Shown here in pieces: positions 1 to 13,001 of a stretch of 64,000 bases of DNA. Origin of the DNA: Octopus sinensis (lineage: Eukaryota). The notes under the pieces are model-generated. The model did not search any database and had not been told where the DNA came from. It was given only the letters and a program-made list of their open reading frames with translations. A program made the position numbers and the translations under genes. How positions within the stretch are numbered: the first letter of the stretch is position 1; the number at the start of each line of letters is the position of its first letter. The DNA lies in NCBI RefSeq assembly GCF_006345805.1, contig NC_043014.1, positions 16,306,001-16,370,000 of the forward strand, in the 5' to 3' direction.

Positions 1-52
1 CATTCAACATTTCCCAACTGGTCGATGAGCCGACTGAGTAAACCTGCCAATA

Positions 53-266
53 TGTTTCTTTATTACCCACAAGGGGCTAAACAAGAACAGACAAAGGGAT
101 TAAGTCGATTACATCGACCCCAGTGCGTAATTAGTACTTAATTTATCGACCCCGAAAGGATAAAAGGCAAAGTCGACCTCAGCGGAATTTGAACCCAGAA
201 CGTAACGGCAGACGAAATACGGCTACGCATTTCGCCCGGCGTGCTAACGTTTCTGCCAGCTCGCCT
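53..266 (-). mobile_element. tRNA-derived SINE (family A here), full length, with 15-bp target-site duplication
   Basis: The reverse complement matches the copies at 32261 and 32687 (GGCGAGCTGGCAGAAACGTTAGCACGCC...GGTTCAAATTCC B-box). GTAAACCTGCCAATA occurs at both 38-52 and 267-281. Confidence 0.9.
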
Positions 267-710
267 GTAAACCTGCCAATAACGAACCTATAATTGCTAC
301 TGGAAACAGCTGCAAGTCAGGTTAACTACAGTATAGAGAAATAGGTAATGGCCGTTATTTATACCTTGTCTTGAATATATATATGTGTGTGTGCTTGGTG
401 TGATTAAAATTTGGCACAGAAGTACGACAAAGGATCCCAGGAAAATTCTTACACACCATGTGGATATGCTCATCCCTCATCGGTTCTCATTGAAAAATCA
501 TAATTTTGCACCTTTACTGATAAGATTATTTTGGGGGTGTCAACAGCAGCAAAAGGACTGCAGGGGTTTGAGTGAGCAAATGCAAAGGGCAGTGAAGGAG
601 ACAAACAATAAAATGAGACCAGATCACAAACAACCTGGGTAAATGGTGCGAATATACGACAAGCTGGCTTGTGGAATTAACGTGCTGGTAAGTACCTGAG
701 TGCTCCACTC

Positions 711-925
711 CATGGCTTAGTGGTTAGGATGTTGCACTCACAATTATGAGGTTGTGGTTTCAATTCCTAGACTGGGTGGTGTGTTGTTTTCTGGGGCAAA
801 ACTTTTTGCTCTGCAATCACTTCTTCCATTGCTCCATTTCGAGTTCAAATTCCGTTGAGGTCAACTTTGCCCTTCATCCTTTCAGGGATCAATAAATTAA
901 GTACCAGTGAAACACTGAAGTCTAT
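711..925 (+). mobile_element. degenerate SINE fragments (V-SINE-like head, then family A internal piece)
   Basis: 711-803 resembles the head of the element at 53775-54033 (TGGCTTAGTGGTTAGG...TTCAATTCC). 836-925 matches the family A core (GAGTTCAAATTCC...GAGGTCAACTTTGCC). Confidence 0.6.
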
Positions 926-1176
926 ATGATCAACTTACATATCTGTAATTAATATACAAACACATATAGAAAATATATAACTTTTCTGCAGTTTTTTTAA
1001 AACACAGCAATGAAAAGGTGATAGATTCTTTATGTGTGTGTGTGTGTTATAAATTAATTAATATCCTCAATTAAGTGTGTAGTAAAAGTAATTGATATAC
1101 ATACGTGAGTGTAAAAGGCAAAATTATCCAAAAAGATAATTTTTTTCTTTCAGAGAAATGAGTTTTTTCCAATCCA

Positions 1177-1179
<3 letters not shown>

Positions 1180-1247
<68 letters not shown>

Positions 1248-2110
1248 AGTATATTATTATATATACAATATGCAATAATATATATACTACTAATATATAT
1301 ATATATACAAGAGAAGTAAGTTCTTTTTTTTTTCGTAAGGATTTAAATTCCAAAAGGGGTTAAGTTTCGATGTAGATTGTCTTAATCCTGCGCGGACCGT
1401 CCTAAGTGTGAAAGCAGGTCCCTTCTCTCTCACCCTTCTCGGTAAAAAGTAACTTCTCCCTCTCTCTCCCCTCCACCCCGTTTCATCCTCCTCCTCTCCT
1501 CCTCCTCCCAGAGTCACACACACAGGCAGACACGCGTGTGCACACACACACACACAGACACACACACACAGAGTTTAAGCAGTGTTGGAGGATGGAGAAC
1601 GGCCTTATGTCATGTGTTTATGTGCATATATGTATGTCACTTTGTGTACATATATGTGTGTGTGTGTGTGTGTATGTTGGGATATGAGAGAGAAAGAAAG
1701 AGAAAAGGTGTGTGAGAGAGAGAGAGAGGGGTGGAAGAGGAAAAAGAGAGAGAGGGAGAAAGAGATATATGGTGATGTTGGTGGAGGAAGAGGAAAGGAG
1801 AGAGTCAAAGAAACAGTCACACAGAGAGAGAGAGACACACACACACACACACACACACAGGTACAATCAGGGAGGGAGAGAGTGTGTGTGTGCTTGAAAA
1901 TGAGAAACAGATATGGCGGTGGCGGCGTCGGTGGTGAAATGGGAAGGGGAAGGTAAAGAAACAAGGAGACAGAGAGTGAGAGAGATAAGAGTGGATGGAA
2001 GAAGTATGGGTGTGAATAGGAATCAGTGAGATGGTGGTGGTGGTGGCAGCGGTGGTGGTGGTGGCAGCGGCGGCGGCAATGGCGGGGTGGTGGTGCGTGG
2101 GATTGAATAA
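1180..2110. repeat. compound microsatellite / low-complexity region: (TA)n, (CA)n, (GT)n, (GA)n, (GGT/GGC)n
   Basis: Directly visible. It explains the [12 protein letters not shown] and HHH ORFs. Confidence 0.95.
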
Positions 2111-2149
2111 CGGAGAGAGAGAGGCTCAACACCAGCTATCTTAGGGGAA

Positions 2150-2600
2150 GGCAGAAAGTCGATTACATGGCCCTCAGTGCTCAACTGGTACCTGTTTTTA
2201 TTGACCCTGAAAGGATGAAAGGCAAAGTCTTTGAACTCGGAAAAGTAGAAAGCCGGAATAAATGCTGCTAAGCATTTTGTGCGACAGAGTAACGATTCTG
2301 GAAACTCGCCGCATTCTGTATTGTTATAACACTTTATTGAATAGAATAGAATTTATTGAATAGAATTTACGAATATTCTTTTTTTTCCCAGTCATTGGGA
2401 CTGTAGCCATGCTGGTGCACCGCTTTGAAGGGTTTACGTGAATAAAGTGACTCCAGTACACATTTTTAAAGCTTGCTACTTTTTCAATCGGGTTGTCTTT
2501 ACTGAACAGTTAGGTTATGGGGACGGAAACAAAACAACACCAGCCGGTCGAGCGGTGAAATGGAGTGGGGACAAACACAAACGAAAAGATACGTGCACAC
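2150..2600 (-). mobile_element. degenerate SINE remnants (family A ~2150-2312; family B 3' part ~2389-2600)
   Basis: GAAAGGATGAAAGGCAAAGTC, CAGTCATT..ACTG..GCCATGCTGG.GCACCGC and related motifs are shared with intact copies in the window. Confidence 0.65.
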
Positions 2601-3025
2601 ACATATACACATACATTGGGAACCTCTTTTGGTTTTGATTCCTTGAATCCCTTTTCTTGAACACCACACACACATACACACACACACACACACACAAACG
2701 TTAAACCCTCCTTCTTTCCTTCTTTCCTGAGCGTCCAATAATACTACATTTTTTCCACGTCCTCGCGTTGTTGTGTTTTTCTTTTGTGCTTTCATGTTTG
2801 GATTAACTATATATATATATATGCCCATACACACACAAGGCATATACTTGCATTTACATGTTCATATACACAGCACTACACTTACAAACGCATATACATA
2901 CATACATACATATATACACATACATGTATAAATATGCCCACACACATACGTATATATGTACGCAACTTCATCTTCATATACATATAGATGTATGCTTACA
3001 AATATATTAAACATTTATTCATATA

Positions 3026-3445
3026 TTGGGTTGGCAACTAAGTTCCCGCCGTTTTTTAAATTTTGGTAATTATTGCGAATCTATTGTTTTTGAGAATTCT
3101 ATTTTGGAATCCTTTTGGAATTTATTTTGTTTTGTTTTTTTTTCTAGTTAATTTTAGTTAATTTTTGTTTATTTTCAGATCATTAAAATGGAATGTCAAG
3201 TTAAGAAAAACGAGCATTTTCGACACCTCCTTCTTTTTGCTTTAAATCAAGGCTCTAAGGCCGCAAAAGCTGCTCGCGACATTTGTGCTGTGTATGGAGA
3301 GGGTGCTATAGTTGAAAGAACCGCTCCTGATTGGTATGCCAAGTTCAAAAATGCTTGCTCGTCACCGCTCAATTCATGTACACAAGCAACGATTTCTTTA
3401 CCGAATCTTTACTGGCGACGAAAAATGTTGCCTGTAAATCAGTAT
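3026..3445 (+). mobile_element. mariner transposon remnant: left TIR, HTH region and internally deleted catalytic start
   Basis: TA followed by TTGGGTTGGCAACTAAGT (mariner-like TIR). ORF 3188 reads MECQVKKNEHFRHLLLF...AARDICAVYGEGA (mariner HTH). In another frame, LARHRS..KQRFLYRIFTGDEK carries the first catalytic Asp motif. Confidence 0.85.
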
Positions 3446-3544
3446 GAAGCATTCTCTCCTGATCCTTTCCTTCATCACTGAATACCTTATTCCGTCCCCT
3501 TCAATTACCCCTAGGTACTTGCAGCTCTCCGCTGGGTCTAACTC

Positions 3545-3545
<1 letters not shown>
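3446..3545 (-). mobile_element. 100-bp RT fragment of a second Dong/R4-like LINE
   Basis: Translates as ELDPAESCKYLGVIEGDGIRYSVMKERIRRE, homologous to ELDPQESYKYLGINEGDGIHHATMKEKIRKE in the long array units. Confidence 0.75.
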
Positions 3546-3598
<53 letters not shown>

Positions 3599-3623
3599 TT
3601 ATTATTATTATTATTTATTATTA

Positions 3624-3692
<69 letters not shown>

Positions 3693-4377
3693 TAGTTTTA
3701 TGTTTTTGTTATGTATTTGTCTGAATATTTTTTTATCATGCCTAATGCATCTACTATGATAGGAATTGTTTCTGTTTTCAGATTCCACATTATAGTTACC
3801 TCTATTTCCAGGTCTTTGTATTTTGAGAGTTTCTCCATTTCTTTTAGAGACACTTTGTCATCAGCCGGTATTGATACATCAATTAGAAAGCATTTTTTTT
3901 CTTCATGGTCTCTGACAACTATATCTGGTCTGTTGGCCTTAATTTCTCTGTGTGTATCGGCATATCCCAGAGTATGGTTGCTTTCTCGTTTTCTGTGACC
4001 TTTTCTGGTGTGTGCCTATACCATCTTTTTTCTGTTGTTATTCCATAATGTTGACATAGCTTCCAATGTATGTAGGTTCCAACTTTGTCATGTCTGTGAA
4101 TATATTCCTTGTTAGCCAGGACTGGGCAGCTAGAGATAATATGATTTATTGTTTCTTGTCCATCTCCACATATTCTGCAGTTACTTGTAATATTTCTTTT
4201 CATTACATGTTTTTGGTAATTTCTGGTGGGGAGGCTTTGGTCTTGTGCTGCAATTAAAAATCCCTCTGTCTCTGCTTTGAGTCCTGAGCTTCTTCTTCTT
4301 CTTCTTCTTCTTCTTCTTCTTCTCTTCTTCTTCTTCTTCTTCTTCTTCTTCTTCTTCTTCTCTTCTTCTTATTATTA

Positions 4378-4421
<44 letters not shown>

Positions 4422-4430
4422 TTAATATTA

Positions 4431-4480
<50 letters not shown>

Positions 4481-5278
4481 TAGTTTTATGTTTTTGTTAT
4501 GTATTTTTCTGAATATTTTTTTATCATGCCTAATGCACCTACTATGATAGGAATTGTTTCTGTTTTCAGATTCCACATTCTAGTTACCTCTATTTCAAGG
4601 TCTTTGTATTTTGAGAGTTTCTCCATTTCTTTTAGAGACACGTTGTCATCAGACGGTATTGATACATCAATTAGAAAGCATTTTTTTCTTCATGGTCTCT
4701 AACAACTATATCTGGTCTGTTGGCCTTAATTTCTCTATCAGTGTGTATCGGCATATCCCAGAGTATGGTTGCTTTCTCGTTTTCTGTGACCTTTTCTGGT
4801 GTGTGCCTATACCATCTTTTTTCTGTTGTTATTCCATAATGTTGACATAGCTTCCAATGTATGTAGGTTCCAACTTTGTCATGTCTGTGAATATATTCCT
4901 TGTTAGCCAGGACTGGGCAGCTAGAGATAATATGATTTATTTTTTCTTGTCCATCTCCACATATTCTGCAGTTACTTGTAATATTTCTTTTCATTGCATG
5001 TTTTTGGTAATTTCTGGTGGGGAGGCTTTGGTCTTGTGCTGCAATTAAAAATCCCTCTGTCTCTGCTTTGAGTCCTGAGCTTTCTCTTCTTCTTCTTCTT
5101 CTTTCTTCTTCTTCTTCTTCTCTTCTTATTATTATTTTATTATTATTATATTATTATTATATTATTATTATTTTTATTATTATTATTATTATTATATTAT
5201 TAATATTATTTTTATTATTATTATTATTATATATTATTATTATTATAATTATTATTATTTTTATTATATTATTCTTAA

Positions 5279-5337
<59 letters not shown>

Positions 5338-5955
5338 TAGTTTTTGTTTTTGTTATGTATTTGTCTGAATATTTTTTTATCATGCCTAATGCACCTACTA
5401 TGATAGGAATTGTTTCTGTTTTCAGATTCCACATTCTAGTTACCTCTATTTCCAGGTCTTTGTATTTTGAGAGTTTCTCCATTTCTTTTAGAGACACGTT
5501 GTCATCAGCCGGTATAGATACATCAATTAGAAAGCATTTTTTTTCTTCATGGTCTCTGACAACTATATCTGGTCTGTTGGACTTAATTTCTCTATCTGTG
5601 TGTATCGGCATATCCCAGAGTATGGTTGCTTTCTCGTTTTCTGTGACCTTTTCTGGTGTGTGCCTATACCATCTTTTTTCTGTTGTTATTCCATAATGTT
5701 GACATAGCTTCCAATGTATGTAGGTTCCAACTTTGTCATGTCTGTGAATATATTCCTTGTTAGCCAGGACTGGGCAGCTAGAGATAATATGATTTATTGT
5801 TTCTTGTCCATCTCCACATATTCTGCAGTTACTTGTAATATTTCTTTTCATTACATGTTTTTGGTAATTTCTGGTGGGGAGGCTTTGGTCTTGTGCTGCA
5901 ATTAAAAATCCCTCTGTCTCTGCTTTGAGTCCTGAACTTCTTCTTCTTCTTCTTC

Positions 5956-5986
<31 letters not shown>

Positions 5987-5997
5987 CATCATTATTA

Positions 5998-6036
<39 letters not shown>

Positions 6037-6748
6037 TATTATTATTATTATTATATATTATTATTTATTATTATTATATTATTATTATTATTATATTATT
6101 ATTATTATTATTATTCAGTAGTTTTATGTTTTTGTTACGTATTTGTCTGAATTTTTTTTATCATGCCTAATGCACCTACTATGATAGGAATTGTTTCTGT
6201 TTTCAGATTCCACATTCTAGTTACCTCTATTTCAAGGTCTTTGTATTTTGAGATTTTCTCCATTTCTTTTAGAGACACGTTGTCATCAGCCGGTATGATA
6301 CATCAATTAGAAAGCATTTTTTTCTTCATGGTCTCTGACAACTATATCTGGTCTGTTGGCCTTAATTTCTCTATCTGTGTGTATCGGCATATCCCAGAGT
6401 ATGGTTGCTTTCTCGTTTTCTGTGACCTTTTCTGGTGTGTGCCTATACCATCTTTTTCCTGTTGTTATTCCATAATGTTGACATAGCTTCCAATGTATGT
6501 AGGTTCCAACTTTGTCATGTCTGTGAATATATTCCTTGTTAGCCAGGACTGGGCAGCTAGAGATAATATGATTTATTGTTTCTTGTCCATCTACACATAT
6601 TCTGCAGTTACTTGTAATATTTCTTTTCATTACATGTTTTTGGTAATTTCTGGTGGGGAGGCTTTGCTCTTGTGCTACAATTAAAAATCCGTCTGTCTCT
6701 GCTTTGAGTCCTGAGCTTCTTCTTCTTCTTCTTCTTCTTCTTATTATT

Positions 6749-6779
<31 letters not shown>

Positions 6780-6833
6780 TTAATAATATTATTATTATTA
6801 TTATTATTGTTATTATTTTTATTATTATTATTA

Positions 6834-6871
<38 letters not shown>

Positions 6872-6875
6872 ATAA

Positions 6876-6919
<44 letters not shown>

Positions 6920-6962
6920 TTTATTAATATTATTATTATTATTATTATTATTATTTTTATTA

Positions 6963-7005
<43 letters not shown>

Positions 7006-7622
7006 TAGTTTTATGTTTTTGTTATGTATTTGTCTGAATATTTCTTTATCATGCCTAATGCACCTACTATGATAGGAAATGTTTCTGTTTTCAGATTCCA
7101 CACTCTAGTTACCTCTATTTCCAGGTCTTTGTATTTTGAGAGTTTCTCCATTTCTTTTAGAGACACGTTGTCATCAGCCGGTATTGATACATCAATTAGA
7201 AAGCGTTTTTTTTCTTCATAATCTCTGACAACTATATCTGGTCTGTTGGCCTTAATTTCTCTATCTGTGTGTATCGGCATATCCCAGAGTATGGTTGCTT
7301 TCTCGTTTTCTGTGACCTTTTCTGGTGTGTGCCTATACCATCTTTCTTCTGTTGTTATTCCATAATATTGACATAGCTTCCAATGTATGTAGGTTCCAAC
7401 TTTGTCATGTCTGTGAATATATTCCTTCTTAGCCAGGACTGGGCAGCTAGAGATAATATGATTTATTGTTTCTTGTCCATCTCCACATATTCTGCAGTTA
7501 CTTGTAATATTTCTTTTCATTGCATGTTTTTGGTAATTTCTGGTGGGGAGGCTTTGGTCTTCTGCTGCAATTAAAAATCCCTCTGTCTCTGCTTTGAGTC
7601 CTGAGCTTTTCTTCTTCTTCTT

Positions 7623-7694
<72 letters not shown>

Positions 7695-8564
7695 TTATTA
7701 TTATATTATATTATTATTTTTATTATTATTCTTATTATTATTATTAATATTATTTTTATTATTATTATTATTATTATATTATTATTATAATATTATTATT
7801 TTTATTATTATATTATTAATATTATATTATTATATTATTATTATTATTTTATTATTATTATTATTCAGTAGTTTTATGTTTTTGTTATGTATTTGTCTGA
7901 ATATTTTTTCATCATGCCTAATGCACCTACTATGATAGGAATTGTTTCTGTTTTCAGATTCCACATTCTAGTTACCTCTATTTCCAGGTCTTTGTATTTT
8001 GAGAGTTTCTCCATTTCTTTTAGAGACACGTTGTCATCAGCCGGTATTGATACATCAATTAGAAAGCATTTTATTCTTCATGGTCTCTGACAACTATATC
8101 TGGTCTGTTGGCCTTAATTTCTCTATCTGTGTGTATCGGCATATCCCAGAGTATGGTTGCTTTCTCGTTTTCTGTGACCTTTTCTGGTGTGTGCCTATAC
8201 CATCTTTTTTCTGTTGTTATTCCATAATGTGACATAGCTTCCAATGTATGTAGGTTCCAACTTTGTCATGTCTGTGAATATTCCTTGTTAGCCAGGACTG
8301 GGCAGCTAGAGATAATATGATTTATTGTTTCTTGTCCATCTCCACATATTCTGCAGTTACTTGTAATATTTCTTTTCATTACATGTTTTTGATAATTTCT
8401 GGTGGGGAGGCTTTGGTCTTGTGCTGCAATTAAAAATCCCTCTGTCTCTGCTTTGAGTCCTGAACTTCTTCTTCTTCCTCTTCTACTTCTTCTTCTTTCT
8501 TCTTCTTCTTCTTCTTCTTCTTATTATTATTATTATTATTATTATATTATTATTATTATTATAA

Positions 8565-8605
<41 letters not shown>

Positions 8606-9209
8606 TAGTTTTATGTTTTTGTTACGTACTTGTCTGAATATTTTTTTATCATGCCTAATGCACCTACTATGATAGGAATTGTTTCTGTTTTCAGATTCCA
8701 CATTCTAGTTACCTCTATTTCAAGGTCTTTGTATTTTGAGAGTTTCTCCATTTCTTTTAGAGACACGTTGTCATCAGCCGGTATTGATACATCAATTAGA
8801 AAGCATTTTTTTCTTCATGGTCTCTGACAACTATATGGTCTGTTGGCCTTAATTTCTCTATCTGTGTGTATCGGCATATCCCAGAGTATGGTTGCTTTCT
8901 CGTTTTCTGTGACTTTTCTGGTGTGTGCCTATACCATCTTTTTCTGTTGTTATTCCATAATGTTGACATAGCTTCCAATGTATGTAGGTTCCAACTTTGT
9001 CATGTCTGTGAATATATTCCTTGTTAGCCAGGACTGGGCAGCTAGAGATAATATGATTTATTGTTTCTTGTCCATCTCCACATATTCTGCAGTTACTTGT
9101 AATATTTCTTTTCATTACATGTTTTTGGTAATTTCTGGTGGGGAGGCTTTGGTCTTGTGCTGCAATTAAAAATCCCTCTGTCTCTGCTTTGAGTCCTGAG
9201 CTTCTTCTT

Positions 9210-9280
<71 letters not shown>

Positions 9281-9291
9281 TATTTTTATTA

Positions 9292-9338
<47 letters not shown>

Positions 9339-9339
9339 A

Positions 9340-9381
<42 letters not shown>

Positions 9382-9986
9382 TAGTATTAGTATTATCATG
9401 TTTAGTTTTGTTACGTATTTGTCTGAATATTTTTTTATCATGCCTAATGCACCTACTATGATGGAATTGTTTCTGTTTTCAGATTCCACATTCTAGTTAC
9501 CTCTATTCCAGGTCTTTGTATTTTGAGAGTTTCTCCATTTCTTTTAGAGACACGTTGTCATCAGCGGTATGATACATCAATTAGAAAGCATTTTTTCCTT
9601 CATGGTCTCTGACAACTATATCTGGTCTGTTGGCCTTAATTTCTCTATCTGTGTGATCGGCATATCCAGAGTATGGTTGCTTTCTCGTTTTCTGTGACCT
9701 TTCTGGTGTGTGCCTATACCGTCTTTTTTCTGTTGTTATTCCATAATGTTGACATAGCTTCCAATGTATGTAGGTTCCAACTTTGTCATGTCTGTGAATA
9801 TATTCCTTGTTAGCCAGGACTGGACAGCTAGAAATAATATGATTTATTGTTTCTTGTCCATCTCCACATATTCTGCATTTACTTGTAATATTTCTTTTCA
9901 TTACATGTTTTTGGTAATTTCTGGTGGGGAGGCTTTGGTCTTGTGCTGCAATTAAAAATCCCTCTGTCTCTGCTTTGAGTCCTGAG

Positions 9987-10017
<31 letters not shown>

Positions 10018-10040
10018 TTATTATTATTATTATGATTATG

Positions 10041-10136
<96 letters not shown>

Positions 10137-10745
10137 TAGTTTTATGTTTTTGTTATGTATTTGTCTGAATATTTTTTTATCATGCCTAATGCACCTACTA
10201 TGATTGGAATTGTTTCTGTTTTCAGATTCCACATTCTAGTTACCTCTATTTCCAGGTCTTTGTATTTTGAGAGTTTCTCCATTTCTTTTAGAGACACGTT
10301 GTCATCAGCCGGTAATGATACATCAATTAGAAAACATTTTTTTTCTTCATGGTCTCTGACAACTATATCTGGTCTGTTGGACTTAATTTCTCTATCTGTG
10401 TGTATCGGCATATCCCAGAGTATGGTTGCTTTCTCGTTTTCTGTGACCTTTTCTGGTGTGTGCCTATACCATCTTTTTTCTGTTGTTATTCCATAATGTT
10501 GACATAGCTTCCAATGTATGTAGGTTCCAACTTTGTCATGTCTGTGAATATATTCCTTGTTAGCCAGGACTGGGCAGCTAGAGATAATATGATTTATTGT
10601 TTCTTGTCCATCTCCACATATTCTGCAGTTACTTGTAATATTTCTTTTCATTACATGTTTTTGGTAATTTCTGGTGGGGAGGCTTTGGTCTTGTGCTGCA
10701 ATTAAAAATCCCTCTGTCTCTGCTTTGAGTCCTGAGCTTCTTCTT

Positions 10746-10869
<124 letters not shown>

Positions 10870-10946
10870 ATTATTATTATTATATTATTATTATTATTAT
10901 GTTATTATTATTATTATTATTATTGTATTATTATTATTATATTATT

Positions 10947-10977
<31 letters not shown>

Positions 10978-10994
10978 TATTATTATTATTATTA

Positions 10995-11044
<50 letters not shown>

Positions 11045-11047
<3 letters not shown>

Positions 11048-12948
11048 TAGTTTTATGTTTTTGTTATGTATTTGTCTGAATATTTTTTTATCATGCCTAA
11101 TGCACCTACTATGATAGGAATTGTTTCTGTTTTCAGATTCCACATTCTAGTTACCTCTATTTCCAGGTCTTTTATTTTGAGAGTTTCTCCATTTCTTTTA
11201 GAGACACGTTGTCATCAGCCGGTATTGATACATCAATTACAAAGCATTTTTTTTCTTCATGGTCTCTGACAACTATATCTGGTCTGTTGGCCTTAATTTC
11301 TCTATCTGTGTGTATCGGCATATCCCAGAGTATGGTTGCTTTCTCGTTTTCTGTGACCTTTTCTGGTGTGTGGTCTCTGCTTTCAATCCAGAGCTCTTCA
11401 GCCACTGATGGGTTGTTGCTTGGTCTACATCAGCATTTTGGCTTCGGAGAATATATTGTCCATGCAGGGGCTTCTGGCTCCACCGCCTCTCAATTTGATT
11501 CTGCCCGTTCTTTTTTGCAGTCTGCTTGATTCGCTTTGCTTGCTTGGTAGCAGTGGTTTCCGGCTCTTCATCTGATTCAAGGTTAATGTCTAGTTCCCTT
11601 TCGAACTTATAAGCTTCCTTGACAATAGAATGCAGCTTTTGTTGCTTTCGTGTTCACGCACAAGTCGCAGCATCCAGTCTTTGTACTAGATAGGTACCTG
11701 TTCATTCCTACAGTAGAGGTCTTATAGCACAGCTCTAATTGCATCATTCCTCTCCCCCCGCTGCTTCTAGGTAGGTACAAGCGGTCTACATCTGCCTTAG
11801 GGTGGTGCATGCTCCTGGATGTCAGTAACTTTCTTGTCTTCCTGTCTAAGCGTTGGAGTTCCGTAAGGTTCCAGTTAATGATATTAAAACTGTACTGGAC
11901 TACTGGAAGTGCCAGGGTGTTAATGGCCTCAATGCAATTTTTGGAGTTGAGCTCAGTCTTCAGTACAAGCCTTATTCTCCTATAGTATTCCTTTCTTATT
12001 TTTTCCTTCATAGTAGCATGATGTATACCATCTCCTTCGTTGATTCCTAGGTACTTGTAACTTTCCTGTGGGTCAAGTTCCTTGATGGTAGTGTCAATAT
12101 CTAATTTAACAGAAGCTGTTTGCTTTAGCACACTTATCAAGGCCAAAATCCATTCCGATATCATTGCTAAACTCTTTAACAGTTGTTAGCAGCCCTTCTA
12201 GCTCTTGGTCATTCCTGGCAAACAGCTTTAGGTCGTCCATATAGAAAAGATGGTTATTAATTTACTAAAAACTTTGTACCCATATCTAGTACTATCCAAT
12301 TCGTTTGAGAGTGGGATCAGTGCCATGCAAAAAAGTAATGGAGAGAGGGAGTCACCTTGAAAGATGCCTCGTTTGATGTTGATGCTGTTGGACTGGCTCA
12401 TCCCATTACTATGGCTTAAAAAGAGACGTGTGTTCCACATGGTCATGCTATTCTCTAAGAATTTTGAGACGACAGGAGAGATCTTGTATATCTCAAGGGC
12501 CTTGAGTATCCATTTATGTGGGACACTGTCATACGCTTTCCTGTAGTCTATCCATGCCATACTCAGGTTTTTGTTTTTGCTCCGGCAATTCTCTACAATC
12601 ATTCTGTTTATGAGCAATTGGTCTTTGCACCCATAAGAGTTTCTTTTACAACCTTTTTGAGCTTGTGGAAGGATAGAATTTTGTTCAAGGAAAGCGTACA
12701 TTCTCTCCATTATTATGGATGTGAGGATTTTGTAGGTGGTGTTGAGACATGTTATTGGCCGGTAATTCTTTGGGTTTTTTGTGTCTTCGGTTTTAGGTAA
12801 TAGGTAGGTGGTTCCTTCAGTCAGCCAAGCAGGTATTTGCTCTGGGTTCTGAATGACATCAGACAGAGATGCAGCGAGATGTTCGTGTACCTCTGTCAAA
12901 CAATTCAGCCAGAAGTTAGGGATCCGATCCAGTCCTGGGGTTTTCCAT
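11045..12948 (-). mobile_element. long array unit 1: defective R4/Dong RT region fused to the endonuclease tail
   Basis: WKTPGLDRIPNFW, NYRPITCLNTTYKILT, QKGC, WIDYRKAYDSVPH, RGIFQGDSLSPLLF, YMDD-region and YKYLG motifs. It carries frameshifts, and the CCHC segment is deleted at the ~11370 junction. Confidence 0.9.
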
Positions 12949-12949
12949 A

Positions 12950-12998
<49 letters not shown>

Positions 12999-13001
<3 letters not shown>

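Noticed and set aside
1386-1422. Twister-like motif (TAA, CCTGC/GCAGG stem, GTCCTAAG loop)
   Set aside because: The 3' purine run needed for the pseudoknot and P1 is absent, and P4 pairs poorly.
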